Positions 40,517-52,249 of a DNA stretch of 64,000 nucleotides are shown here, one piece after another. The stretch spans positions 744,001-808,000 of the forward strand of contig NC_047063.1 in the NCBI RefSeq assembly GCF_902459465.1, read 5' to 3'. The notes below the pieces were generated by a model, which had not been told where the DNA came from, ran no database searches, and worked only from the letters and a program-made list of their open reading frames with translations. How positions within the stretch are numbered: the stretch's first letter is position 1; every line of letters begins with the position of its first letter. Position numbers and translations under genes: made by a program. Source of the DNA: Asterias rubens. Lineage: Eukaryota.

Positions 40517-42705
40517 GTGAGTATGAGTATGGTCACCTTTAACCACCCCGTAAACTTCAAGCTTTCAAGTTATGTGCACGTTTATGATGAGGGACATAAC
40601 ATAAATACCATCAGGATAATGTTTTCAATTTGAAATCAAAACGTTGGATGCAATATATCTTAAAGTATTGTTTTAACATTCCAACATTATCGTCAGTCCA
40701 TGCGAAAGAGGCATTTAAGAATAATAAGTTGAAGCAAAAATAATCAGTTCAAAATTAATCTTGAAATTATACATTTGCCTGTAAAGCAACAACAAATGTA
40801 CTGTTTTAAGTATCTTTAACAACCTTCTTCTTTCGGAAGAAGATCATGCAAGCACACAAGAAGTATAATACCGCCCTCCCGTGTATACATAAAGCATATT
40901 ATCGCAAACAAAATTCATGTAAAAGTTTCTCTAACCTTCAAAACATTAGTGCATTTATGCATATTGCTCTGTTTGTAGGAGGAAATATTTGAAGCAAATT
41001 TCCATTTGTTTTTTTAGTGAAAAACATTTAGTATACTTTTAAATGTAGAGACAAGCATTTTTGTGACGAACTGGCACTGTCGCCCTTGCCCGTCACACAT
41101 GCGTCTGTGAGACATGGACGCTACCTTTTGTACAGGCATTATGCCAATCGTTTACGTCACAACGACAGACTGAAACCACGCCGTTTTTAATTTCAGTTTA
41201 AATGAACTGGCAAAAGAAAAACCTACATGTTGACGGATGATTCTGTCTTTTGAAAGCTAATTTATTTCCCTATACCCGAGATAAAAAAGCAATTTAACAT
41301 TTAAATTAAATTTCGATTTTAAAAAATGGCCGAACTTCGAAACTTAAAAAGCAAAAAAAATTGTTTTTATTTATTTCCTTATATCTGCTCGAACTCGTGA
41401 GGGCGGCGAGGTTGAGCGGCGACTCCTCTGCCTTTAAACTCTGCATGGTGTAAATACAAAAATAAATGTGGTTTTCGAGGTGAGATGGGGGATGGTGAGA
41501 ATGTTTCACAAGTTTTCTCGAAGAATATTATGTAAGAACTCCATTAAGCGTTAGAGTAAGTTTACATTTAAAAGAAAAAAATAGTAAAAGGAAACAAAAT
41601 GGCGCTCAACAGCACACCTCAACTATCATTGTTGGGTTTACATTAAATTTTGTTTACTGCTAAACCACGACATAAAACCGTGGTTTATTTTATATAGGCC
41701 TACATGAAACTTCGCAATTTCCTACAAGGAAGTATTTGTTTAAAACATGGAAAGATTGAGGCAAAGTTGTGTCTATTGGAATATCGACAGGGAACAAAGA
41801 GTTCAAAAACTGTTCCATTTTTATGACAGGGGTGTTGTAGATCAAAAAGTTGGTACTAATTTTGCAGTGGTATATATAGTATTGAAAATGTATCAAAAGT
41901 TAAAACTATTTAAACGTTTCATGTTCTACGTTAACAATCAGTAATTGAGGAAGTACACAATATGATTTACCGTGTCCCATAAGAGACCCTTAATGCCCAA
42001 TAAAGAACTTCCAGAAAAGTTCCAGTGTGCGGCGTGTTGTGCGTTTTTGATAATAATTGAATATTCAGTTTTGTATATGCGCATAAACAGTATGAGTGGA
42101 AGCAGGTTACAACAACGAACTTGAAAAACCTTTTTCCGTCACACTCTGGTCCAACATTGTCCCTACAACCTGATCGCAGACGACAAACAAGTTGAAGGTG
42201 GAGGTTTTACAGGTAAGAATTATGTTTTGTTGCGTGAGCTGAGAGAGCTCACTATGACTCCAGAGATAATAAATTAGAAATCGATATAATACTGGGGAAA
42301 TGAGAGTGAATCTTGTGTGAAGGGCCATAGATCGGGCTTTAAAGTAATATGTAGGCCTACAAACCACACGTTGTCTAATTACAATAACTATGGGGAAATG
42401 GAATCAACTTTATCCCAAATAAGGCAGGAGGCTGTTTTAGTTTTAGTTTCTGGCGTTTGTTTGTGTATGTGTTTTTTTTTGCAAAATTATAACTTGTATT
42501 ACACGGTTGTGTGTTTTCCAGAAACTTGCGAGATATATCATGCGACAAAGCTGCTGGCTGGTGTTGCTGCGTCCACCCATGTTTGCACACTCACTGTCAT
42601 TGAGTCTTCAGTTGTTTAAGTTTGTATCTGCGGCAGAAAGACACGAAGCGTACATTAGAGTCAGGAGCCCCTATTGAACCTCCCTGGTCTGGAACATTCA
42701 GCACT

Positions 42706-43850
42706 ATGGAGGCCCAGAGGAGCCACGTAACCATCTTGTTGGCTGAATGTTTGATTCTGCTGGGATTATTAAGTAGTGTTGTATCAGCTGAATGGCAAGG
42801 AGATCTGTCATCTTATCACATTGCTTCATTCAGTAATCCTCATCCTCCTAGACCTCTCAATGATCCATCTGGTAACCACAATGCTAAATTCAATCATTTC
42901 ACTCTATCTGGCCCTGATGGGGCTGTGTATGTTGGAGCTGTCAACTACTTATACTAATTGGATAGTTCATTGAATCTGCTACAGAATGTTAGTACATGTC
43001 AAGAACTTGGAGAGGATAGATGTTATATATTCACCAACTACTTATATAGATATTAGATAATCAGAATCGGTTGATTACATGTGGAAGTGAGAATGGAGGA
43101 AAGTGTCAGTTCAGGAATCCAGATGATTTGACTGATGTGTTGTTTCAACCAGGGCCTAATGTTGCTGGTTTTGGAGAGTTGTCTACTGTGAGTTTGATTG
43201 CACCAGGAACTGATGGACCAATGGGAGATGGTCCAGATGGAGGAGACTGGTTGTATGTAGCTGTGACTTATTCTGCTGAGGTTGGGTATAGAGCAATCCC
43301 ACCAATATCAAGGCGAATTCTTAGTGAAGGATCTTTATTGGCAGCACTTGATGGTAACACATTTTCATCAGTTGTTCCCTTTTCTACACCGATACAAATA
43401 TCGTATAGATCTGCTTTTTCGTTTGGCGGCTTCACATACTTCATCACTTCTCAAAAGGAGGATTTTGGTTCAAATTTCTTTGTTTCTAAAATGAACAGAG
43501 TATGCCAGACTAGTGAATATTTGGATTCTTACACAGAAATCACCCTACAATGCCAAGGATCAGATGGTAGTGTGTACAGTTTGGTACAAGCTGCTCATAT
43601 TGGCCCAGCAGGTCAGGATCTTGCTGTATCATTAGGTTTGAATGCTGAGGACATGGTGTTGTATGCTGTGCTTGCTAAGAATGAAGGAGCTGATGGGACT
43701 AGTGATGTACCTATTGATCAGTCAGCATTGTGTGTGTATAAGATGAGTGATATTTTAGATGCATTCAAGGAAGCAGTCAGGGGATGTATTCAAGATGGAG
43801 ATGACTACTCAGTGCAGTACTTGCAAGGATCCATCTGTCCAGCATTACCA
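42706..43850 (+). pseudogene. Variable exon V4, disabled
   Basis: Premature TAA at 42955-42957 (tac taa where other copies have tac aga). A net -4 nt change near 43041 (ttatata replaces aataaaatcct) shifts the frame. The rest is open to donor gtgagt at 43851. Confidence 0.88.
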
Positions 43851-44212
43851 GTGAGTATAACGATCCTGTAACTACCCCCTTACACTTCATGTTTTCAAAT
43901 TGTGTGCACGTTTATGATAAGGGACATGATACCATCAGGGTAATGTTTTCAATTTGAAATCATAACGTTGGATGCAATATATCTTAAAGTAATGCTTTAA
44001 CATGTCTACATTTATCGTCAGTCCAGAAAGAGGCATTTAAGAATATTATGTTCAAGCAAAAATAATCAGTTCAAAATTAAGTATTGACATTATACATTTT
44101 GCCTGTAAAGCAACAACAAACTGTTCAATGTACTGTTCTTAAGTATCTTTAATAACCTTCTTTTGGAAGAAGATCATGCAAGCACACAAGAAGTATACCG
44201 CCCTCCCGTGTA

Positions 44213-45298
44213 TGTACGTACCGGTTACAAACCTATGTTCCGACACCCCTATGTTCCGACACGCCTATGTTCCGACACCCCTATGTTCCGACACCCCTAT
44301 GTTCTGACAACTCGGCCTATATTCCGACACCCCTATGTTCCGACACCCCTATATTCCGACATCCCTATATTCCGACACCCCTATGTTCCGACAACTGAAC
44401 TTATGTTCCGACACTCCTATGTTCCGACACCCCTAAATTCCGACACCCCTATGTTCAGACACCCCTATGTTCCGACACCCCTATGTTCCGACACCCCTAT
44501 GCTCCGACAAGTTATTTTCGCACATTATTACTCTGTTGATCAATAACAAAAACACATCTTGTAATACAGGTTCCCTGGCGAATTTTGCCCGGAATAGGTT
44601 TGAACATCATAAATTGAATTTTTACTGATTTTAAAAGTGATGGAGTCAAATTAAGATAATCGAATCACACATGATTCGGTTGCTTGTTGTGGTTATAAAC
44701 ATGAGTTAGGTCTATAGCTCCCCGAGTTAGCTGGCAATGAAATAATGGGTACTTTGCTATTGTTAGATGCGTGTCCGTGTTTTTAACATTTCATGAGCCT
44801 TCAATTTATTGCGCCGATGTGTACTTTCTTACATTTGCGCCCAACAACAACAAAAATAAATAAAAATAAACAAATAATAATAATAAAGTAAAAATAATAA
44901 TATTAATAATAATAACACATTAAGTCATACCACCCCCTCCATTACTCAGTCCTCTTCAAAATAAATCAAAGATGCTATTTTTTAATAGCAGAGTAACACT
45001 TCTCATATAAATTAGACTCCTCTGGGGGACTACATAGGTTACCGGTACATTTATGGACTAAATTGCAGTCGGGTGTAGTTTCTTAAAAAATGGCTCACAC
45101 AAAACGTTGTTGCAGGTTGTCGGAACATAGGGGTGTGTGAACATAGGGGTGTTTGGGTCGTTGGAATATAAGGGTGTCGGAACATAGGGGTGTCGGAATA
45201 TAGGTTGAGTTGTCGGAACATAGGAGGAACATAGGGGTGTCAGAAAATAGGGGTGTCGGAACATAGGGATGTCGGAATATAGAGCAGTCACCTACGTA
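44213..45298. mobile_element. Foldback-like insertion with inverted subterminal arrays of a 16-bp unit (CCTATGTTCCGACACC)
   Basis: Direct tandem array at about 44232-44510 and a reverse-complement array at about 45117-45281, with tacgta at both ends. It is absent from the homologous spacer positions after V1 (about 34710) and V3 (about 40887). Confidence 0.7.
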
Positions 45299-46377
45299 AC
45301 ATAAGTTGATTATCGCTAACAAAACTTAACGTAAAAGTTTCTCTATAGCCTTCAAAGCATTAATGCATTTATGCATATTGCTCTGTTTGTAGAAAGAACT
45401 ATTTGAAGCACATATCCATTTTTTTTTTTTTTTTAATAATTATTTAGTATACTTTGAAATGTAGAGACAATCATTTTTGGACGAACTGGCACTGTCGCCC
45501 TTGCCCGCCACACATGCGTCCATGTGAGACATGGACGCTACCTTTTGTACATCCCCGACAGGGATATTTGTAGGAACTCCATGTCCCATCTGACATTAAG
45601 CGTGAGAGTAAGTTTACATTTAGAGAGTAAAGAAAACAAAATGGCGCTCAACAGTGCACCTCAACTATCATTGTTAGGTTTACGTTGAATTATTTTTATT
45701 GATAAATAAACCACGACAATGCACCGTGGTTTTACATGAAACTTCGCAATTTCCTACAAGGAAGTATTTTTTTAAACATGGAAAGATTGAGGCAAAGTGG
45801 TGTCTATTGGAATATCGACAGGGAACAAAGAGTTCAAAAACTGTTCCATTTTTATGACAGGGGTGTTGTAGATCAAAAAGTGGGTACTAATTTTGCAGTG
45901 GTATATATAGTATTGAAAACGTATCAAAAGTTAAAACCATTTAAACGTTTCATGTTCTACGTTAACAATCAGTAATTGAGGAAGTACACAATATGATTTA
46001 CCGTGTCCCATAAGAGACACTTAATGCCCAATAAAGAACTTCCAGAAAAGTTCCAGTGTGCGGCGTGTTGTGCGTTTTTGATAATTTATTATTCAGTTTT
46101 GTAATGCACATAAACAGTATATGCTTGAACGCATGTTACAACAACGAACTTGAACAATAATTGCTCGGGTCGTCAACCTTTTCTGTCATTCTGGTACAAC
46201 ATACAACCTGATCGCAGACGAAAGACAAGTTGCAGGCCGCTCACAAACGGAAGGTGAAGGTTTTAAAGGTAAGAATTCCGTTTTGAAGCCTGAGCTGAGA
46301 GAGCTCATTATGACTCTAGTGATAATAAATTAGAAATCAATATAATTCTGGGGAAATACAAGTGAATCTTGTGTTAA

Positions 46378-46764
46378 AGGCAAAGGACCCTATTGGTAAT
46401 TACTCAAAATAATCATAAACCTTTCTTGATTACGAGTAATGGGGAGAAGTTGATAGTATAAAACATTGTGACAAACAGCTCCCTCTGAAGTGACGTAGTT
46501 TTCGAGAAAGAAGTAATTTTCCACGAATTTGATTTCGAGACCTCAGATTTATAGAACTTGAGGTATCGAAATCAAGCATCTGAAAGCCCACAACTTCGTG
46601 TGTGTGTGACAGGGGTGTTTTTTTCTTTCAGTAATATCTCGCAACTTCGACGACCGATTGAGCTCAAATTTCCCTCTGCTGGTCACTCAAAGTCCCTCGG
46701 GGGAATAGACGTACACTAGTTACCTCATTGCCAGTCAGTATGTGTTTAATAGTGTACAGTGTCT
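46378..46764 (+). mobile_element. Kolobok-like MITE upstream of V5 (same insertion site as the V2 copy)
   Basis: Same flanks and the same unusual 3' segment as 36157-36545, so it was duplicated with the spacer. Confidence 0.85.
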
Positions 46765-47097
46765 TTAAAGGCAATAGATCGGGCTTTAAAGTAATATGTA
46801 ACCCTCCTTACAAATATAATAACTATGGGGAAAGAAACTCGACTTTATCCTAAATAAGGCAAGACGAATAAGCAGCTTTTTAGTTTTAGTTTCTGGCGTT
46901 TTCTTGTGTGTTTTGGGGCAATGTAATAACTTATATTACACCGTTGTGTGTTTTTTCAGAAACTTGCGAGATATATCATGAGACAAAGCTGATGGCTGGT
47001 GTTACTGCATTCACCCATGTTTGTACACTGTGATTGAGTCTTCAGTCGTTAAAGTTTGTATCTCTGGCAGAAAGACACAAAGCGTACATTTAGTACT

Positions 47098-48150
47098 ATG
47101 GAAGCCCAGAGGAGCCACGTAACCATCTTGTTGGCCGTATGTTTGATCCTGCTGGGATTATTTAGAGGTGTTGTATCAGCTGAATGGCAAGGAGATCTGT
47201 CATCTTATCACATTGCGTCATTCAGTAATCCTCATCCTCCTAGACCTCTCAATGATCCATCTGGTAACCACAATGCTAAATTTAATCATTTCACTCTATC
47301 TGGCCCTGATGGGGCTGTGTATGTTGGAACTGTCAACTACTTATACAGACTGGATAGTTCATTGAATCTGCTACAGAATGTTAGTACATGTCAAGAACTA
47401 GGACAGGATAGATGTGATACATTCACCAACTACAATAAAATCCTGATATTAGATAATCAGAATCGGTTGATTACATGTAGAAGTGAGAATGTAGGAAAGT
47501 GTCAGTTCAGAAATCCAGATGATTTGACTGATGTGTTGTTTCGGCCAGGTGAAGGGACAAGCGGAACAGAACAGAACGTTGCTGGTTTTGGAGAGTTGTC
47601 TACTGTGAGTTTGATTGCACCAGGAACTGATGGATCAACTGGACCAGGGCCAGATGGAGGCGACTGGTTGTATGTAGCTGTGACTTACTCCAATGAGGTT
47701 GGGTATCGACATATCCCACCAGTCAGCAGAAGAGTCCTTAGTGCAGACGCATCGTTGATATCCCCATCAGGCACAGGGTATTCTCCATTTACTGCGTTTG
47801 ATATTTCTTATAAACAAAACGCAGTCCCATTTAACTATGTATCTGGTTTCTCATATGATGGATTCACATACTTCATCACTTCTCAGAAGGAGGATTCTGG
47901 TTCCAATGTCTTTGTTTCTAAAATGAACAGAGTCTGTCAGACCAGTCCAACATTTGCCTCTTACACAGAAATCACCCTTCAATGCCAAGGATCAGGTAGT
48001 GTGTACAGCTTGGTACAAGCTGCTCATATTGGCCCAGCAGGTCAGGATCTTGCTGTATCATTAGGTTTGAATGCTGAGGACATGGTGTTGTAATATGCTG
48101 TGTTTGCTAAGAATGAAGGAGCTGATGGGACTAGTGATGTACCTATTGAT
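47098..48150 (+). pseudogene. Variable exon V5, in-frame stop, 3' end lost by fusion to V6
   Basis: ATG at 47098. A 3-nt insertion gives ttg TAA tat gct (48091-48093) versus ttg tat gct in the other copies. After ..DVPID (48150) the sequence jumps to the RLDSSL position of another V copy. Confidence 0.85.
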
Positions 48151-49071
48151 AGACTGGATAGTTCATTAATCCTGATACAGAATGTAAGTACATGTCAAGA
48201 ACTAGGAGAGGATAGATGTGATATATTCACCAACTACAATAAAATCCTGATATTAGATAATCAGAATCGGTTGATTACATGTGGAAGTGAGAATGAAGGA
48301 AAGTGTCAGTTCAGGAATCCAGATGATTTGACTGATGTGTTGTTTCAACCAGGGTCTAATGTTGCTGGTTTTGGAGAGATGTCTACTGTATGTTTGATTG
48401 CACCAGGAACTGATGGACCAATGGGAGATGGTCCAGATGGAGGAGATTGGTTGTATGTAGCTGTGACTTATGCTACTGAAGAGGTTGGGTATACAGAAAT
48501 CCCGCCGGTCAGCAGAAGAATCCTTAGTACAGATGGGTTGTTGATATCTCCATCGGGCACAGGGTATTCTTCATCTACTGTATTTGATGTTTCCTATACT
48601 CGTGATCCATTCCAAATAACGTATGTCGTCGGTTTCTCATATGATGGATTCACATACTTCATCACATTTCAAAAAGAGGATATTGGTTCCAATGTCTTTG
48701 TTTCTAAAATGAACAGAGTCTGTCAGACCAGTCCAACATTTGACTGTCACACAGAAATCACCCTACAATGCCAAGGATCAGATGGTAGTGTGTACAGTTT
48801 GGTACAAGCTGCTCATATTGGCCCAGCAGGTCAGGATCTTGCTGTATCATTAGGTTTGAATGCTGAGGACATGGTGTTATATGCTGTGTTTGCTAAGAAT
48901 GAAGGAGCTGATGGGACTAGTGATGTACCTATTGATCAGTCAGCATTGTGTGTGTATAAGATGAGTGATATTTTAGATGCCTTCAAGGAAGCAGTCAGGG
49001 GATGTATTCAAGATGGAGATGACTACTCAGTGCAGTACTTGCAAGGATCCTTCTGTCCATCCTTCCTGATG
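48151..49071 (+). pseudogene. Variable exon V6, 5'-truncated V2-like copy fused to V5
   Basis: Lacks its own ATG and signal peptide. Variable islands are almost identical to V2 (YATEEVGYTEIPP..STDGLLISPSGTGYSSST.FDVSYTRDPFQITYVVGF). Donor gtgagt at 49072, and the downstream flank matches the V2 flank. Confidence 0.85.
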
Positions 49072-50269
49072 GTGAGTTTCGTTTGCTGGTTAAGTTTAAA
49101 CCGACATACATGTATGCAATGCAATGTGTATGTTTATGACCATTAATAATAATATAGATGCCATCAGGGATGATAATTTTTTCAACTTGAAAACCGATAC
49201 TTTAAGTCATGTTTAAATTTTGTTGTCAGTGATAAACATTGATTTTTGGTACAGGTATTTAGCTGTCGTAAAGACAAGCATTACAGTCCTTTGATTGAAT
49301 AATAGACTATGATTGTCTAATGAACGGACACGGTCGCCCTCATACCCTCCACACGCACGTGCACAAAGATCATGGGGTTTGCAAATTGCGTGACCCCTTA
49401 GATTAGTCATGAAGTCAAGACGGTAATTGTTAAGCGCGGTGTGTAGTTACAGCGGTGTAGCTACGGGGACGATACACACACCCTCGATCCCAGTATGTGT
49501 GTGTGAGCCATAGAGCTATATAATAGCTCTATGGTGTGAGCAGAGCTGCCTCGCGCTACCTACGACTGTTGCATGTGTAACATCGCACTGTGACCGTTGC
49601 ATGAAAGGCAGACAAATAGGCAGCGCCTAACGACTTGTCATCAAGTCTACCCCTGGATATGCAATGTGCCAAAATGTAGTTGTCAAAAGTTTGTTCAAAT
49701 AAAATATATAATTATTGTTGTTGCAATAAAAACGAACATTACGCCTGCTCTCATGCCTGACCTTTGCTTCCAGTTGGGTGAACAACATTGGGCCTACCTG
49801 TCATTGTGTGCATAGACTGTTTCTATTCCTTTCGTTAGTTTGTCTTTAAGGCCTACTAAGCATGGTACGCTATTTCCGTCTCGTATCTTTGTCTCGACTG
49901 CCGAGTATTCTGGCTCTCTTTCGTTGAAGTTTTTAGGCCGCCATCATCAACAAAGTGTTGTTTACGGTAACTGCATGAAGCCCGCCCATCACGAATTCTG
50001 ATTATGACTCAAATAACTCTGGAATCGCGGAAACAACACTATCCCACCAAAAGCCAGTTTAATCACTTTAGTTTCTGGCAGACATTTCGTGAATGTTGTG
50101 CTTTTATTTGTGCTTGTTTTGTATAATTTAAAGTTAACAAAGCTACTGCAAAGGAGTTCTGAAAAAGTTTGAGAGATCTTTCTCCAGCCTTGCGTTAGTC
50201 ACCATGTGCCTGAAACTTTGTACATAGCTTTGGAAGAAACAGAAGAGAACAAGTAACTTATGTTACACT

Positions 50270-51576
50270 ATGGATGCCCAGAGGAGCCACGTAACCATCT
50301 TGTTGGCTGTACGTTTGATTCTGCTGGGATTATTAAGTAGTGATGTATCAGCTGAATGGCAAGGAGATCTGTCATCTTATCACATTGCTTCATTCAGTAA
50401 TCCTCATCCTCCTAGACCTCTCAATGATCCATCTGGTAACCACAATGCTAAATTCAATCATTTCACTCTATCTGGCCCTGATGGAGCTGTGTATGTTGGA
50501 GCTGTCAACTACTTATACAGACTGGATAGTTCATTGAATCTGCTACAGAATGTTAGTACATGTCAAGAACTAGGAGAGGAATGTGATATATTCACCAACT
50601 ATAATAAAATCCTGATATTAGATAATCAGAATCGGTTGATTACATGTGGAAGTGAGAACGAAGGAAAGTGTCAGTTCAGGAATCTAGATGATTTGACTGG
50701 TGTGTTGTTTCAACCAGGGCCTAATGTTGCTGGTTTTGGAGAGTCGTCTGTGGGTTTGATTGCACCAGGAACTGATGGACCAGTCGGACCAGGGGCCGAT
50801 TTCACAAAGATCTAAGATTGATCGTTACTGCAAATCAATCGTAGTTGCTAAGTAAAATGTGATGTCACAATACAAATCACTATGGTGATACTGACAATTT
50901 GTCTTGCGATGAATTTGATTGCTTTGTGAAATCGGCCCCAGGGCCAGATGGAGGAGATTGGTTGTATGTAGCTGTGACTTACTCCAATGAGGTTGGGTAT
51001 CAAGCAATCCCACCAGTCAGCAGAAGAATCCTTAGTAAAGAAAGGTTGTTGATATCACCATCAGGCCTGGGGGTTTCTTCATTTATTGCATTTGATGTTT
51101 CCAATCTTAAGACTCCAATCCACATTACATATGTATCTGGTTTCTCATTTGATGGTTTCACATACTTCATCACTTCTCAAGAGGAGGATTTTGGTTCCAA
51201 TATCTTTGTTTCTAAAATGAACAGAGTCTGTCAGACCAGTCCATCCTTTGACTCTTACACAGAAATCACCCTACAATGCCAAGGATCAGATGGTAGTGTG
51301 TACAGTTTGGTACAAGCTGCTCATATTGGCCCAGCAGGTCAGGATCTTGCTGTATCATTAGGTTTGAATGCTGAGGACATGGTGTTATATGCTGTGTTTG
51401 CTAAGAATGAAGGAGCTGATGGGACTAGTGATGTACCTATTGATCAGTCAGCATTGTGTGTGTATAAGATGAGTGATGTTTTAGATGCCTTCAAGGAAGC
51501 AGTCAGGGGATGTATTCAAGAAGGAGATGGTCACTCAGTGCACTACTTGGAAGGGTCATTCTGTAGTAGATTTCCA
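50270..51576 (+). pseudogene. Variable exon V7 (closest to the constant region), disrupted by a MITE
   Basis: ATG at 50270. A 146-bp insertion plus 3-bp duplication at 50793-50941 introduces TAA (50813-50815) and a frameshift. The downstream half is open to donor gtaagt at 51577. Confidence 0.88.
50793..50938. mobile_element. PIF/Harbinger-like MITE inside V7
   Basis: TIRs gggccgatttcacaaag / ctttgtgaaatcggccc; 3-bp TSD CAG. Removing it restores ggaccagggccagat as in the other V copies. Confidence 0.88.
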
Positions 51577-52140
51577 GTAAGTGTATGGTTCACTACATTA
51601 CCGGACGATCCCAGGTTATTTTTGTGATATAGATGCCTTCAGGAAAGTCAAGGGAGGTTTTTCTTTAAAAGGCATTGTATACAAACAGATTTTAAAAACG
51701 TTAAGCTTAACATGTTTAAATTTTCAAATCAAACTGTTTTCTTTGGTTTTGGTTTATTTAATCATTCTTTCTACAAATACATGAAAACAGAATCATAGTA
51801 CTACTTATATATTCATTGTTTTCTATATGTAATTCGTTTATTCTTCAAGTAAAGAAGATAAACAAAATTTTAAACAACTCAACATTTGTTGTTTTCTATG
51901 TTCAAGTAAAACAATTATGTCTATTGTAGTGGTTTGTTGTGTTGCAAAAACATAGTAAAAAAAATATTTGTCATAATATTTGTCTGCTTTCTTTGAAATC
52001 ACTGGACTGGATGTCATATTATTTATAACAATTAACATTGTGTTAATGAACAAAATGAATTAGCCACCAGGTGCTTGTATGTAGAACGAAGTTAAAGTTG
52101 TGGATTGAGGCTAAAATATTTATCTTGTTTTATTGTCTAG

Positions 52141-52249
52141 ATTGGTCCAGATATGTTTTTGTGTCATGTTTTTGAAGGGGACACTATAATATACAGGAAT
52201 GCTAAAGGCATCAGTGTAACAGCATCCAATGCTGTACTGGAACTATCAG
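52141..52249 (+). CDS. Alternative constant exon A (109 nt)
   Basis: tctag acceptor; IGPDMFLCHVFEGDTIIYRNAKGISVTASNAVLELS+G; donor gtacat; phase 0 to phase 1. Confidence 0.8.

Noticed and set aside
41747-41944. Spacer ORF MERLRQS..QKLFHFYDRG repeated at 45736-45975
   Set aside because: Part of the duplicated X spacer. The copy at about 35580 is frameshifted by a deletion and I recognise no homology.
44163-45322. Repetitive ORFs (PMFRHPYVPT..) and a possible CRISPR-like array
   Set aside because: Translation of a 16-bp minisatellite. The repeats are contiguous with no unique spacers, there are no cas genes, and the context is eukaryotic.
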